Shown: one piece after another, positions 1-10,086 of the stretch
Position numbering within the stretch: position 1 is the first letter of the stretch
Layout of the letters: the number at the start of each line of letters is the position of its first letter
From: an uncultured Verrucomicrobiota bacterium
GTDB taxonomy: Bacteria > Verrucomicrobiota > Kiritimatiellia > CAYTQP01 > CAZOLK01
NCBI GenBank assembly: GCA_964580325.1
Contig: CAZOLK010000004.1
Coordinates: 1-54,233, forward strand
DNA length: 54,233 nucleotides
Direction: 5' to 3'
The notes under the pieces: generated by a model
What the model was told of the DNA's origin: nothing
Database searches by the model: none
Seen by the model: only the letters and a program-made list of their open reading frames with translations
Position numbers and translations under genes: made by a program

Positions 1-243
1 GGTCAGGGTGCCCGACGTTTCCGGCGCGTCGGCGTTTTCGACGAAGGCTCCACCGGCGACGGTCCAAGTGGCGAAGGGCGAGTGGCCGGTGGCTGGATAT
101 TGGATATTCCGTGTCCGGTTGGATATTGTTTGTCGGTTGTCGTGTGATGGTTGTCTCGGTTCAGGGATAAACCGCCACTCGCGCTTGCCTCTTGCCTCTC
201 GCCACTCTCCACTGGTTCTTGACGTCCGCTACTCTTCTGCTCT

Positions 244-2700
244 ATGTTTGGGGCCATGGAAAACAATTGTTTGTTGGATGATTTTCTCGAGGTCATGACC
301 TTGCAGCAAAAGATCGCCCTGATCGGTGGAGACCCGGATCATATGGGTACACGCGCCATCGAACGGCTGGGCCTGCCTGCACTTACGTTTGCCGACGGCC
401 CCATGGGCGTGCATAGCCGCAACCTGCCAGCGCCGGCTTATCCCGCACTCATCTGCCTGGCCGCTACATTCGATCCTGCGCTTGCACGCAACATGGGCAC
501 CTGCCTGGGAATGGATTGCCGGCAGCGTGGCGTACATGTGTTGCTGGGGCCTGGCGTCAACCTTCACCGCCTGCCGCTTTGCGGCCGCAATTTCGAATAT
601 TGCGGCGAAGACCCGGTCTTGGCTGGCAACCTGGCTGTGGCATACATCGAGGGCCTGCAGCAAACAGGCGTTGCCGCCTGCATCAAGCACTATGCGTGCA
701 ATTACCAGGAATACGATCGCCACGGCGTCAGCAGCAACGTGGATGAACGCACATTGCATGAAGTCTACCTGCCCGCGTTCCAAAAGGCTGTGCAAGCCGG
801 CGTGGCCTGCGTCATGACCGCCTATAATCCATTGAATGGCGAGCATATGTCTGAAAACCGGCGGTTGGTACACGACATCCTCAAGCGCGACTGGGGCTTC
901 GACGGCGTGGTCATGTCGGACTGGACCTCGACCTACCACGCGATCCCGGCAGCCAACCACGGGCTTGACCTGGAAATGCCCACGGGCAAGCACTTCAACG
1001 AGGAGCAACTGCTTATGGCATTGGCCAACGGCTGCGTGACCAAAACCGTCATCAACGACAAAGCGCGTCGGCTGTTGCGCCTGATCCTGGGCTATGGGCC
1101 AGGGGCGCAAACAAAGGGTGTAAAGACCAAGCCAGATGCAGCCGCCGACGATCGCGAGAGCGAAGCTTGTGCCTTGCGCGTGGCTCGTGCAGGTCAGGTG
1201 CTGCTGAAAAACAACGGCGTGCTGCCCTTGGATCGCACCAGAATAAAACGGATCGCGGTCATCGGCCGGCAGGCTGGTCAAGCGGTCATCAGCGGCGGCG
1301 GTTCAGCCCATGGCCGGCCGGCGCACAGTGTAACCCTGGAACAAGCCCTGCGCAATGCGGCCAGCGACCGCATTGAGATCCGTTATCACGTCGGCGTAGA
1401 TCCCTGGCGCTTTGGAGAACGGTACAAGGATAGCGTTCTGCACCTGGCTGACGGTCGGCCCGGCGTTTTAGCCGAGTATTTCAACAACAATCAGTGCACT
1501 GGCGAACCTGTTCTGCGGCGAGAAGAGGAACGCCTCGACTTTTTCTGGAAAGATGGCACAACACCTGCCCCGGCTGTAACCGCCGAACTTTTTTCCATGC
1601 GCATGACCACCGGCTTTAGCGCAACCGACGATGGCGAACACGTCATCTATACCTCCTGCTCCGACGGAGGCTACCGGCTTTTTATCGATGGGCGGTTACA
1701 CCTTGACTGCTGGTACAGCGAAATTTCCAGGCCTTTTGCAACCCGCATCGATCTGCGCGCCGGCCAGTACGCAGTTATCACCGTCGAATACCGCAAAGCC
1801 AGGCACTGGGCCGGCATGCACCTGGGCTGGGAGCCCTGCGCTGACTTTGATGTGGATTCCGAGGCAGCCGTTACCGCAGCGCGCGAGGCCGATGCCGTGA
1901 TCCTGGCCGCCGGCTACATGCCGCAAACCGAAGCCGAGGGATTTGACCGCGACTTTGAGCTGCATCCGGCCATAAACACCCTTATTCTACGCGTCAGCGA
2001 TGCCAATCCGCGAACAATCGTGGCGCTTTATGCCGGATCAGCCGTAAATTGCGAACCCTGGATCGACCGCGTTGCGGGGTTGCTGCACCTGTGGTATCCG
2101 GGCATGAACGGCGCGGAAGCCGCGGCCGGAATTCTGTTCGGCGACAGCAATCCCAGCGGTCGGTTGCCGATCACCTGGGCCAGGCGCCTTGAAGATTACA
2201 GCGCAGCCTTGAGTTACCATGACAAAGGCACGCGCCAGGTACAACTGGCGGACGGCGTTTTCTATGGCTATCGCCACTTCCGGCGCCACAAGATCGCCCC
2301 GCGCTTCGCCTTTGGGTTTGGCTTGAGTTATACGGCATTCGAGATCACGGTCGCCAACCTGGACTGCGATACCCTGAAAGGCGATGGCGTGATCATGTTG
2401 AGCTGCAAAATTAAAAACCTGGGGCCGCGTGCGGGTACTGATACGGTGCTGCTGTTCATTGGCGAAAACGAACCGCGCATACCACGGCCGCAACGCGAAC
2501 TGCGCGCGTTCCAGCGCATCACCCTGGAACCGGGCGAAGAGGGTGATCTGCATTTCGCGATCACCAGCAACATGCTGCGCTATTATGATCCGGATCAGGA
2601 ATTATGGCGCGCGGATCCCGGCGCCTACACCTGCACCGTGGCCCGGCATGCGGATGATGCAGGACTGGCGCAAACCTTCCAAAGCATCGAGTGCATGTAA
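244..2700 (+). CDS. GH3 beta-glucosidase with PA14 insertion and C-terminal Fn3-like domain
   Basis: GH3 motifs ADGPMGV, GRNFEYCGEDP, KHYACN and VMSDW (nucleophile Asp); PA14-like segment AEYFNN...FSMRMT; SGRLPITW and FGFGLSYT; no signal peptide. Start could be 244, 256 or 295. Confidence 0.93.
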   Translation: MFGAMENNCLLDDFLEVMTLQQKIALIGGDPDHMGTRAIERLGLPALTFADGPMGVHSRNLPAPAYPALICLAATFDPALARNMGTCLGMDCRQRGVHVLLGPGVNLHRLPLCGRNFEYCGEDPVLAGNLAVAYIEGLQQTGVAACIKHYACNYQEYDRHGVSSNVDERTLHEVYLPAFQKAVQAGVACVMTAYNPLNGEHMSENRRLVHDILKRDWGFDGVVMSDWTSTYHAIPAANHGLDLEMPTGKHFNEEQLLMALANGCVTKTVINDKARRLLRLILGYGPGAQTKGVKTKPDAAADDRESEACALRVARAGQVLLKNNGVLPLDRTRIKRIAVIGRQAGQAVISGGGSAHGRPAHSVTLEQALRNAASDRIEIRYHVGVDPWRFGERYKDSVLHLADGRPGVLAEYFNNNQCTGEPVLRREEERLDFFWKDGTTPAPAVTAELFSMRMTTGFSATDDGEHVIYTSCSDGGYRLFIDGRLHLDCWYSEISRPFATRIDLRAGQYAVITVEYRKARHWAGMHLGWEPCADFDVDSEAAVTAAREADAVILAAGYMPQTEAEGFDRDFELHPAINTLILRVSDANPRTIVALYAGSAVNCEPWIDRVAGLLHLWYPGMNGAEAAAGILFGDSNPSGRLPITWARRLEDYSAALSYHDKGTRQVQLADGVFYGYRHFRRHKIAPRFAFGFGLSYTAFEITVANLDCDTLKGDGVIMLSCKIKNLGPRAGTDTVLLFIGENEPRIPRPQRELRAFQRITLEPGEEGDLHFAITSNMLRYYDPDQELWRADPGAYTCTVARHADDAGLAQTFQSIECM

Positions 2701-2724
2701 TGTGTGCATCATAATGTGCATGCG

Positions 2725-3546
2725 TCATTTCGCGGAAAACTGATTCCGCACAGCCTGCGGATTAATGCTGCGGGCGCGGCACTTCTGCTCGAACCGGGGA
2801 TCGTCAAGGGATAAGCCGATCGAGATGTCGCTGATGCCGCCGAAACCAATCAGTCCCAGGCTGTCGCCACCATTATCCACGACAAGGTCCTGCTGGCCGA
2901 TGCCGATGGACCAGGCCTGATCGTCGCCGGTTTGGAGATAGCAGATAAAACGGGTCATTGATCCATCCTGGTCGTATGCATGGGAAGAGGCCCAGGAAAT
3001 GCCGTAAAGCAAAGGCGCCAGCACCATTTCATCGGGCCGGCCGTCGTCATAAAACAACTTGCCGCGGCGATAATGCGCCGGTTCGGCAAAAACAGCGCCG
3101 CGCAACGCGTCGAAATGTACGAAGGCCAGCCCCACTGGCTGACGATTGCCATCCAGGCGGATCACCTCCAGGCAGCCCAGGTGGGTCAGCGAAGCATTGC
3201 GGATAAGGCCCTGACTGTCGGCATCGCGCCCTTGTGAATCGCCGGCGTTGCCAAACCACAAAGCGCCGTGGCGCGGTTTGAATGGGCTGTCCGCCGTGCG
3301 AAACTGATCCACCAGCAAAGCGATCACGTCCCGGTCGCCGCCAGCCGGCGCATTCATGTCCCGGCACGTCTCCACTTCCAATTGAATAGCGCCCGGCGCC
3401 GCGGAGACCATATCCATGCACGCCAGGTGCAGTAGACGCAGCTTCTGATTCCAGCTCAATGTATCCGGATCAGCCTCCAGCAAGCGCCATTTTTCGTCGG
3501 AATTCGGCGTCCAATAGCGACGCTGCATTTCGCACGCCTCATTCAC
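2725..3546 (-). CDS. Hypothetical protein resembling the C-terminal domain of TagJ/ImpE (SciE)
   Basis: GTG start at 3546 overlaps the yjbQ stop (GTGA). The upstream part of the 340-aa track ORF overlaps yjbQ and is probably not coding. Motif order HLGCLEVI / FVHFDAL / LAPLLYGISWAS / GSMTRF / GIGQQDL parallels ImpE. Confidence 0.55.
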   Translation of the reverse strand: MNEACEMQRRYWTPNSDEKWRLLEADPDTLSWNQKLRLLHLACMDMVSAAPGAIQLEVETCRDMNAPAGGDRDVIALLVDQFRTADSPFKPRHGALWFGNAGDSQGRDADSQGLIRNASLTHLGCLEVIRLDGNRQPVGLAFVHFDALRGAVFAEPAHYRRGKLFYDDGRPDEMVLAPLLYGISWASSHAYDQDGSMTRFICYLQTGDDQAWSIGIGQQDLVVDNGGDSLGLIGFGGISDISIGLSLDDPRFEQKCRARSINPQAVRNQFSAK

Positions 3547-3956
3547 GACGCCTGTTCCGCAAGGACTGTCACGACGATTTCGCGCGTTGTGCGCGGCCCA
3601 TCGAACTCGCACAGGAAAAGGTTCTGCCAAGTGGACAGGGCCATGCGACCGTCGAGCAACGGCACGGTTTCGCTTGGTCCGACCAGGCCAGCTTTTAGGT
3701 GGGCATCGCCATTGCCGTCCTGCTGGTCGTGTTTCCAAACGCCGCACGGCGCCATACGGGCCAGCAGGTCGATCACGTCTTCCTGTACGCTGTCATCCCA
3801 GTTTTCCTGGATCATGATCGCAGCCGTGGCGCCGCGTATATAGACATGGACCAGGCCCGTTAAAACAGCGCATTCCGCTACAACAGCCCTGACCTGCGGG
3901 GTGATATCGATCAATTGTTCGCGTCGATCTGTTTGTATATGTAACATTTTTTGCAT
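3543..3956 (-). CDS. yjbQ: YjbQ/UPF0047 family protein (secondary thiamine-phosphate synthase)
   Basis: QLIDITPQV, ATAAIMIQEN, GNGDAHLKAGLVG and LSTWQNLFLCEFDGPR signatures; start taken at the ATG at 3956. Confidence 0.92.
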   Translation of the reverse strand: MQKMLHIQTDRREQLIDITPQVRAVVAECAVLTGLVHVYIRGATAAIMIQENWDDSVQEDVIDLLARMAPCGVWKHDQQDGNGDAHLKAGLVGPSETVPLLDGRMALSTWQNLFLCEFDGPRTTREIVVTVLAEQAS

Positions 3957-4081
3957 AGCTCCAGCATAGCCGATCTGGCAGTCAGAAAAAAAACTTTCTT
4001 TTTTAGAAATTTTCTCGCACCGGCCGTCGTCCATAAGGTATGCAGACAGATAACCGTCTGCCCGAAACTTAGGAGCATGCG

Positions 4082-5224
4082 ATGAAAAAGCTGCAATGGA
4101 TTGTTTTTATCCTGATGATCGCCGTATCGGCAACACCAGCGCCTGGCGCTTATCTTGAATCGGACGAACCGGGGCAAGCCCAGGAAACGCACGAACACGA
4201 GGCACCCCGGCCGGAACCGGAACAAGTAGCGCCGCCCAAAACCTGGCCCGTGCCGCCACGTGGTTACGAACCTGTATTGAAGCAGGTGCGCAGCCTTGAG
4301 GTTGGCGAACCGTGCCAGATCCATGGGTGCACGTTTTATCCACTCATCTCGTCGGCTTTCCCTGGTCATCAACCGCGGATCGCGATTCTGGAGGAAGCCT
4401 TGAACCAGGGCTTGCTGGACATCCACGAAAAAAAGCAGGCGCAAGTGGCCGAAATCATGGTGCGGAACCGGTCGCGCCAGAGCGTGTTCATCATGGCCGG
4501 CGAGATCCTGGTCGGCGGACGCCAGGACCGGATCGTGCGCTGCGATGTCCTGTTGCCGCTGGCTTCCGGTTTCTTGCCCGTGCCGGTTTATTGCGGGGAA
4601 CAGCACCGCTGGGCCGGTAGCAAGGCGTCGTTCGAGAGCAAGGGCCACATCACCGGAGGACGGCTGCGCGGCATGGTGGCAACGAAAGAGTCCCAAGAAC
4701 AGGTCTGGCAGGAAATCGACCGCTCGCTGAAGCAGGCCGGCGTTGCATCGCCGACACGGGATTACCAGCAGGTCTACGACGACGAACGCGCCCAAAAGAT
4801 GCTCGACGCGTGCTGCCGTGGTTTCCGCCCCCTGGTACGCCGCAACGTGGTCGGCGTGACAGCCCTCCACCACAGCCGAATCCTGGGCGTGGACGTGTTC
4901 GAAGACCACGACCTGTTTCAACGGATGTGGGAAAAGGTGATCCGTTCGTATGCCATGGATGTGATTTGGGAACCGCCCATGGTCAACCGGCGTCTGGCGC
5001 CGGCGCCGGACATATTGCTGTTTATCCGCAACATCCTGACCGCCCGTTTCACCGCTGAACCGACCGTGGGCGAAGGCGCTGCCTGGAGCATCCGGGACCA
5101 CCGGCTGCACGGTCACGCCCTGGTGCTGAATGGACGCCCCGTGCATACGGCCGTGTATCCGAAAGCACCGGTGAGAATTTTACAGAAAAGGCGGGAACAT
5201 ATTGTTCCGCAAGAAAATGAGTAA
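4082..5224 (+). CDS. Secreted ARPP-1 (DUF6569-like) domain protein
   Basis: Signal peptide MKKLQWIVFILMIAVSA, Pro/Glu-rich linker, core VRNRSRQSVFIMAGEILVGGRQDR...PVPVYCGEQHRW and QEQVWQEI; RBS AGGAG. Confidence 0.75.
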   Translation: MKKLQWIVFILMIAVSATPAPGAYLESDEPGQAQETHEHEAPRPEPEQVAPPKTWPVPPRGYEPVLKQVRSLEVGEPCQIHGCTFYPLISSAFPGHQPRIAILEEALNQGLLDIHEKKQAQVAEIMVRNRSRQSVFIMAGEILVGGRQDRIVRCDVLLPLASGFLPVPVYCGEQHRWAGSKASFESKGHITGGRLRGMVATKESQEQVWQEIDRSLKQAGVASPTRDYQQVYDDERAQKMLDACCRGFRPLVRRNVVGVTALHHSRILGVDVFEDHDLFQRMWEKVIRSYAMDVIWEPPMVNRRLAPAPDILLFIRNILTARFTAEPTVGEGAAWSIRDHRLHGHALVLNGRPVHTAVYPKAPVRILQKRREHIVPQENE

Positions 5225-5255
5225 CCCAGGAAAAGGAAACCAAGAGGAGAAGATC

Positions 5256-7550
5256 ATGTCGACCAAGAAGAAATATAAGCTGTGTCGCCACGCCATACTG
5301 CTGGCCGCAATGCTGGGACTGGCGAGTGAATCCGCCCTGGCCACAGGCCTGTTAATCCCCAAAGATCAAAACCTGCCGCCGCTGGCTATCAAATACCAGC
5401 GCGTTGCCATCGATATCAAGGACAGCGTGGCCACCGCGCGCATCGAGCAGGTTTTTAGAAACAGCGCTAACCGCGATCTTGAGGCTGTTTTCGTCTTTCC
5501 TTTGCCCTCGGATGCGAGCATTTCCGATTTTGCCATGTACATCAACGGCAAACGCATGAGCGGCGAATTGCTCGAAAAAGACAAAGCGCACGGCATCTAC
5601 CAGGATATCGTGCGCCGCGCCAAGGATCCAGGTCTGCTGGAAAACATGGACGGCAAATTGCTGCGTTTGAGCGTTTATCCGGTGCCGGCCAACGGCGACC
5701 AGAAAATCGAGATTACCTATCACCAGATGCTTCCGTTCGATGCGGGCCTGTACAAACTGGTTTACTTGCTGCGTACAGGTGAAAAAGCTTCGCGCACCCT
5801 GGAGGATTTCACGGTATCGGTTCGCGTGAATTCGACCCAACCATTGAAAAACATTTACTCGCCTTCGCATAATGTCGGCATTTCGCGCACATCCGACTAC
5901 GAGGCCGGCATCGGCTTTGAGCAAGACCGCAGCCTGCTCGATCGTGACTTCGTGCTGTATTACAGTTTGGCGCAGAAGGACTTTGGACTTAACCTGCTGA
6001 CGCATGCACGCAAGGGTCAAGACGGGATGTTTCTGATGATGATCGCGCCGCCAGTGGAGCCGAAAAAAGACCAGGTCATGGAAAAGGATGTGGTATTCGT
6101 TTTTGACACCTCCGGCAGCATGTCAGGCCGTAAAATGGACCAGGCCAGATCCGCTCTGACCTATTGTGTGGAGCAGTTGAATCCCGGCGATCGGTTCAAC
6201 ATCGTACGCTTCAGTACAGATGTCGAAGTGTTGGCCAAACAACTCGAACCTGCCAACTCGCGGACAAAAAAAGCGGCAGTGGCGTTTGTCGCCGACCTTT
6301 ATGCCCGTGGCGGCACCGATATCCACAGCGCACTGCAGACGGCGCTGACCTTGCCGCACGACGCCAAACGGTCGCGTTTCATCATCTTCCTGACTGACGG
6401 CAAGCCCACCATCGGCACGACCGATGCGCAAGAGATTCTGAACCATGCGACCAAAGGCGCGGGAGAGACGCGCATATTCGTTTTTGGCGTAGGCCACAAA
6501 GTCAATACCCACCTGCTCGATCAGATCGCGGGACGCTGCGGCGGGGTGTGCAAATACGTGGAGCCTGAGGAAGACATTGAAGTCAAGGTATCGAGCCTGT
6601 TCGATAAAATCAGCCATCCCGTGCTGGCCGCGCCCAGGATCGAAGTGGACAGGATCGAGCTGCGTCAGGTGCATCCGCGTGTTTTACCCGACTTGTTTTA
6701 CGGCGACCAGCTCATTGTGCTGGGGCGCTATCGCGGGCACGGCGATTCGGCCATCAGGTTGCACGGCACAGTCAATGGCGAACCGCGCACCCTGGTGTTC
6801 GAAGGTTCGTTTGCGGCCAAGCAGGCGGACAACGCCTTTATTCCACGATTATGGGCTACACGTCGCATCGGTTACCTGCTGGACGAAATCCGTCTGCAAG
6901 GCGAGCAGGCGGAATTAAAAGACGAAGTCCTGCAGCTCAGCAAAGAATACGGCATCATGACGCCGTACACCTCCTTCCTGGTGGTTGAAGACGAAGCCGA
7001 ACCAGCTCCTTTGACGCCTCTGACTATGCATACGCCGCGCCGCGGAACCAAAGCAGCCCAGCCCGAACCCGGCAACTGGGTGGAACTCAAGCGCAAAGAA
7101 GACAGCCGCCACAGGCGCGGCCACGATATGAACATATTGGAAGGCGCTTCACCCACAAAACCGGCTGCCGTCATCCCAGTGTTTGCAAGCGACGCCGCGA
7201 AAATGGATGCGTTGCAGAGTGAATCTGGCGCAACACGGGAATATTTCCGCCAGGATTCAGGCAAGGAGGCTGTTCAGCTAAGCCAAGCGATCCAGGATTA
7301 CAAAAATCAGTCCACGGCTGTCGAGGACATCGCCACCATACGCCATGTAGCCGGTAAAATCTTCCACCTAATCCATGGCGTCTGGATCGACAAAGCCTAT
7401 AAGGAAGATATGCCGGTGAAAACCGTGACCTTTGGCAGTGACGCATACTTCAAATTGCTCAAAAAGCACCCGGAGCTGAAGCCGTATCTTGCACTAGGCG
7501 AAAAAGTCATCGTCGTGTTGGATAAAAAACGGGTGTTTATCGTGGAATAG
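5256..7550 (+). CDS. Secreted VIT + vWA domain protein (inter-alpha-trypsin inhibitor heavy-chain-like)
   Basis: RBS GAGGAG before the ATG at 5256; signal peptide; VIT domain (EQVFRN...EAVFVFPLP...ISDFAMYING); MIDAS motif DTSGSMS plus LTDG; RLWATRRIGYLL and TPYTSFLV. Confidence 0.9.
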   Translation: MSTKKKYKLCRHAILLAAMLGLASESALATGLLIPKDQNLPPLAIKYQRVAIDIKDSVATARIEQVFRNSANRDLEAVFVFPLPSDASISDFAMYINGKRMSGELLEKDKAHGIYQDIVRRAKDPGLLENMDGKLLRLSVYPVPANGDQKIEITYHQMLPFDAGLYKLVYLLRTGEKASRTLEDFTVSVRVNSTQPLKNIYSPSHNVGISRTSDYEAGIGFEQDRSLLDRDFVLYYSLAQKDFGLNLLTHARKGQDGMFLMMIAPPVEPKKDQVMEKDVVFVFDTSGSMSGRKMDQARSALTYCVEQLNPGDRFNIVRFSTDVEVLAKQLEPANSRTKKAAVAFVADLYARGGTDIHSALQTALTLPHDAKRSRFIIFLTDGKPTIGTTDAQEILNHATKGAGETRIFVFGVGHKVNTHLLDQIAGRCGGVCKYVEPEEDIEVKVSSLFDKISHPVLAAPRIEVDRIELRQVHPRVLPDLFYGDQLIVLGRYRGHGDSAIRLHGTVNGEPRTLVFEGSFAAKQADNAFIPRLWATRRIGYLLDEIRLQGEQAELKDEVLQLSKEYGIMTPYTSFLVVEDEAEPAPLTPLTMHTPRRGTKAAQPEPGNWVELKRKEDSRHRRGHDMNILEGASPTKPAAVIPVFASDAAKMDALQSESGATREYFRQDSGKEAVQLSQAIQDYKNQSTAVEDIATIRHVAGKIFHLIHGVWIDKAYKEDMPVKTVTFGSDAYFKLLKKHPELKPYLALGEKVIVVLDKKRVFIVE

Positions 7551-7644
7551 GTAAGAAAAAGTCATTTAGGGGTTCACAGCCGCGTGTCAGGATGTTATCT
7601 TTCACTTGGAATATGAACCTTTAATGAATCAGGAGGAGAATACT

Positions 7645-8052
7645 ATGGCCGATCATATGACACAACCTTTGGATGAGCTGGCAAACGACATTCTGTCCGA
7701 TGGCGTGGTGGACGCAGACGAAGTGAAAAAGATTCGCGAACGCGTTTTCGCGGATAAAGTGGTAGACCGCGAAGAAGCGGATTTTCTTTTCAAAATCAAC
7801 GACGGCGTGAGCGGCAAGGACAACGATCCGGGTTGGAAAGACCTGATGGTCGAAGCGATCAGCGCTCATGTGCTGCATGACGAGACAACGCCCAACGAAG
7901 TGGACGATGACGAAGCCGCCTGGCTGATCAGTAAAATCGAGGGCGATGAGCAAGTCGACGATATTGAAAAAGCGATCCTGTCGGAAATAAAAGCCAAGGC
8001 CACGTCATTGGCCGATGCGCTTAAGAGCAAAATGGACGCCTGGGGCGTTTAA
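7645..8052 (+). CDS. TerB-like acidic protein
   Basis: RBS AGGAGG; repeated acidic loops SDGVVDADE, ADKVVDREE, NEVDDDE, GDEQVDDIE typical of TerB-type metal-binding helical repeats. Confidence 0.7.
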   Translation: MADHMTQPLDELANDILSDGVVDADEVKKIRERVFADKVVDREEADFLFKINDGVSGKDNDPGWKDLMVEAISAHVLHDETTPNEVDDDEAAWLISKIEGDEQVDDIEKAILSEIKAKATSLADALKSKMDAWGV

Positions 8053-8075
8053 TCTGGATTTGATTTTTTCCGGCG

Positions 8076-8095
8076 GAGGGCGCGAACGCGCCCTC
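8076..8095. terminator. GC-rich hairpin downstream of the TerB-like gene
   Basis: GAGGGCGCG-AA-CGCGCCCTC perfect inverted repeat; no clear U-tract follows it. Confidence 0.4.
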
Positions 8096-8199
8096 TGTGC
8101 GTTTGGCGGAGCCAGTCTGCATGGTCTCTCGCTCCGCCAAATGTCTACACTGCTTGAGGCTCATGCAGATTTGGAGCACAACTCCACGGGAAAGTTTTG

Positions 8200-8460
8200 G
8201 CTCCAAGCGATTTATTCAACTCATCCCTGACCGCCTTTGAGAGTTGTCTGAGCATGGCTGCGATTCGTCTGAGCAGGTCGAGCCCCTGCCCCTCCTCTAC
8301 GGGGGATAAGGCTGCTGGGCAGGAATCGGCGGCGGTCAGATACAACAATATAAGCGATGCCCGGGAACTTGGTTTGGTCCTTCCTGGAGAAACGGCCATT
8401 ACCCTCTGCCGCATTCAGAATGATCGACGTTGTGGACTTGTCCAGTTTGGTCAACAGATC
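8200..8460 (-). pseudogene. Four-helix-bundle (23S rRNA IVS / bAvd-like) protein remnant, frameshifted
   Basis: KLDKSTTSIILNAAEGNGRFSRKDQTKF in one frame (SIxxNIAEG family motif) and EEGQGLDLLRRIAAMLRQL in another; N-terminus missing. Confidence 0.7.
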
Positions 8461-8634
8461 TGAACTGCATGATACCCGACACCCGGCTAGTCATCCCATC
8501 TCGATCACGCCCGGACCAATACAATTCACCCCCGCAAATCTGGAAGCGCCTGGTTGCCGATAGCAGGACGACGACAGCGGATTACGCTTGTTTGTGAACC
8601 GACAACCGATTCATCCGGGACTGTTTGTGGCAGC

Positions 8635-9057
8635 TCATTTTTCCTTCTTGGACTTGGATTTCATGGGTGTGGTGTTGACAGAATTCACGATTTCGCGCAT
8701 GAGGGTCGAGTAGCCCTTGCCTTGGTCCATCTCGCTTTCCACTTCTCGCAGCACGGTTTGCGTGCCCTTGCCGAGTTCCTTGGTAAAAGTGAAGATGCTG
8801 GATCCAACCCGAATGCGATCACCCAGCGTCAATTTCATATCGCGTATCTGCTCGTTGTTGACAAACGTACCGTTGCGCGATTGCAGGTCCTTGATAAAGT
8901 ATTCGCCTTCCTGGTAACGGATGCCGCAATGCAGGCGCGACACCTTGGCGTCATGCACAACCACGTCCGCTTCTTCGCTGCGACCGATGCTTATGGGCTC
9001 CTTACCAAGCTTCTTCTCAACCTGGGTACCATCCGCGTTTTTATAAACCAGTAGCAT
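8635..9057 (-). CDS. FHA domain protein
   Basis: IGRSEEAD, VSRLHC and DLQSRNGTFVN phosphothreonine-binding motifs; candidate sigma70 promoter TTGCTT-N17-TAAGAT upstream. Confidence 0.92.
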   Translation of the reverse strand: MLLVYKNADGTQVEKKLGKEPISIGRSEEADVVVHDAKVSRLHCGIRYQEGEYFIKDLQSRNGTFVNNEQIRDMKLTLGDRIRVGSSIFTFTKELGKGTQTVLREVESEMDQGKGYSTLMREIVNSVNTTPMKSKSKKEK

Positions 9058-9121
9058 GGCTGTCTCTCTTGTTTATTGATCATCTTACATAAAGGCGAAA
9101 GCAAAAGCAACCCTTTAAGGT

Positions 9122-10084
9122 CTAAATCCGTCCTTTTTCCATCATCGACTTGAAATAGTTGATGGCTGTCGGCAATCCCTGATCCAACGGCACCTTTGGT
9201 ACCCAGTCAAGCCATTCTTTCGCACGCGAGATATCGGGCTGGCGCACCTTGGGATCGTCCATCGGGAGTTCCTTAAATACGATCTCGGAACTGCTCGCGC
9301 AAAGCTCCTTGACCTTACGGGCGAATTCGAGCACCGTCATTTCCGCCGGATTGCCGATGTTCACTGGATCGGAGCGACCGCTCATCATCAGCTTGAAGAT
9401 CCCTTTGATCAAATCAGAGACATAACAGAAGCTGCGGGTTTGTTTGCCGGTGCCGAAAACCGTGAGTGGCGCTCCTTTGAGCGCTTGGGTGATGAACGCG
9501 GGCACCACGCGCCCGTCGTGGGGACGCATGCGCGGTCCATAGGTGTTGAAGATGCGCACGATCCTGGTTTCAACGCCATGGAACCGGTGGTAAGCCATGG
9601 TCATGGCTTCGGCAAAGCGCTTGGCTTCGTCGTAAACGCCGCGCGGCCCAATGGGATTGACGTTGCCCCAATAGGTTTCGGGCTGCGGATGGATGAGGGG
9701 GTCGCCATAGGTTTCCGAGGTAGAAGCCAACAGGAAGCAGGCTTTTTTGGCACGTGCCAGGCCCAAGGTTTTGTGCGTACCCAAAGCGCCGACTTTCAGC
9801 GTCTGGATGGGCAGTTCCAGATAGTCGATCGGGCTGGCCGGCGAGGCGAAATGGTAGATGTAGTCCACTTCGCCGGGCAGATAGATGTATTCGGTCACGT
9901 CGTGTTTGATGAACTTGAACTGCTCAATACCAGCCAGGTGCTCGATATTGGCCACATTGCCGGTGATCAGGTTGTCCATGCAAATAACCTGATGCCCCTG
10001 GTTCAACAGGTAATCACACAGGTGTGAGCCAAGGAAACCGGCTCCTCCCGTGACCACGGAAACAGGTGTGTCGCCTGGCGTCAT
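9122..10084 (-). CDS. UDP-glucuronate decarboxylase (UDP-xylose synthase)
   Basis: [59 protein letters not shown]. Confidence 0.93.
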   Translation of the reverse strand: MTPGDTPVSVVTGGAGFLGSHLCDYLLNQGHQVICMDNLITGNVANIEHLAGIEQFKFIKHDVTEYIYLPGEVDYIYHFASPASPIDYLELPIQTLKVGALGTHKTLGLARAKKACFLLASTSETYGDPLIHPQPETYWGNVNPIGPRGVYDEAKRFAEAMTMAYHRFHGVETRIVRIFNTYGPRMRPHDGRVVPAFITQALKGAPLTVFGTGKQTRSFCYVSDLIKGIFKLMMSGRSDPVNIGNPAEMTVLEFARKVKELCASSSEIVFKELPMDDPKVRQPDISRAKEWLDWVPKVPLDQGLPTAINYFKSMMEKGRI

Positions 10085-10086
10085 AG

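Noticed and set aside
1-243. Short ORFs at the left edge
   Set aside because: Low-complexity heptamer-like sequence with no protein motifs
229-1281. 350-aa minus-strand ORF and similar long antisense ORFs (e.g. 3911-5146, 33212-34135, 53236-54090)
   Set aside because: They are shadows of well-supported genes on the opposite strand in GC-rich DNA and show no motifs
8200-8460. Diversity-generating retroelement suggested by the bAvd-like fragment
   Set aside because: No reverse transcriptase and no TR/VR repeat pair seen in the window
2725-9057. Possible type VI secretion locus (TagJ-like, vWA, FHA)
   Set aside because: No tssB/C, hcp, vgrG, clpV or membrane-complex genes, and orientations are mixed
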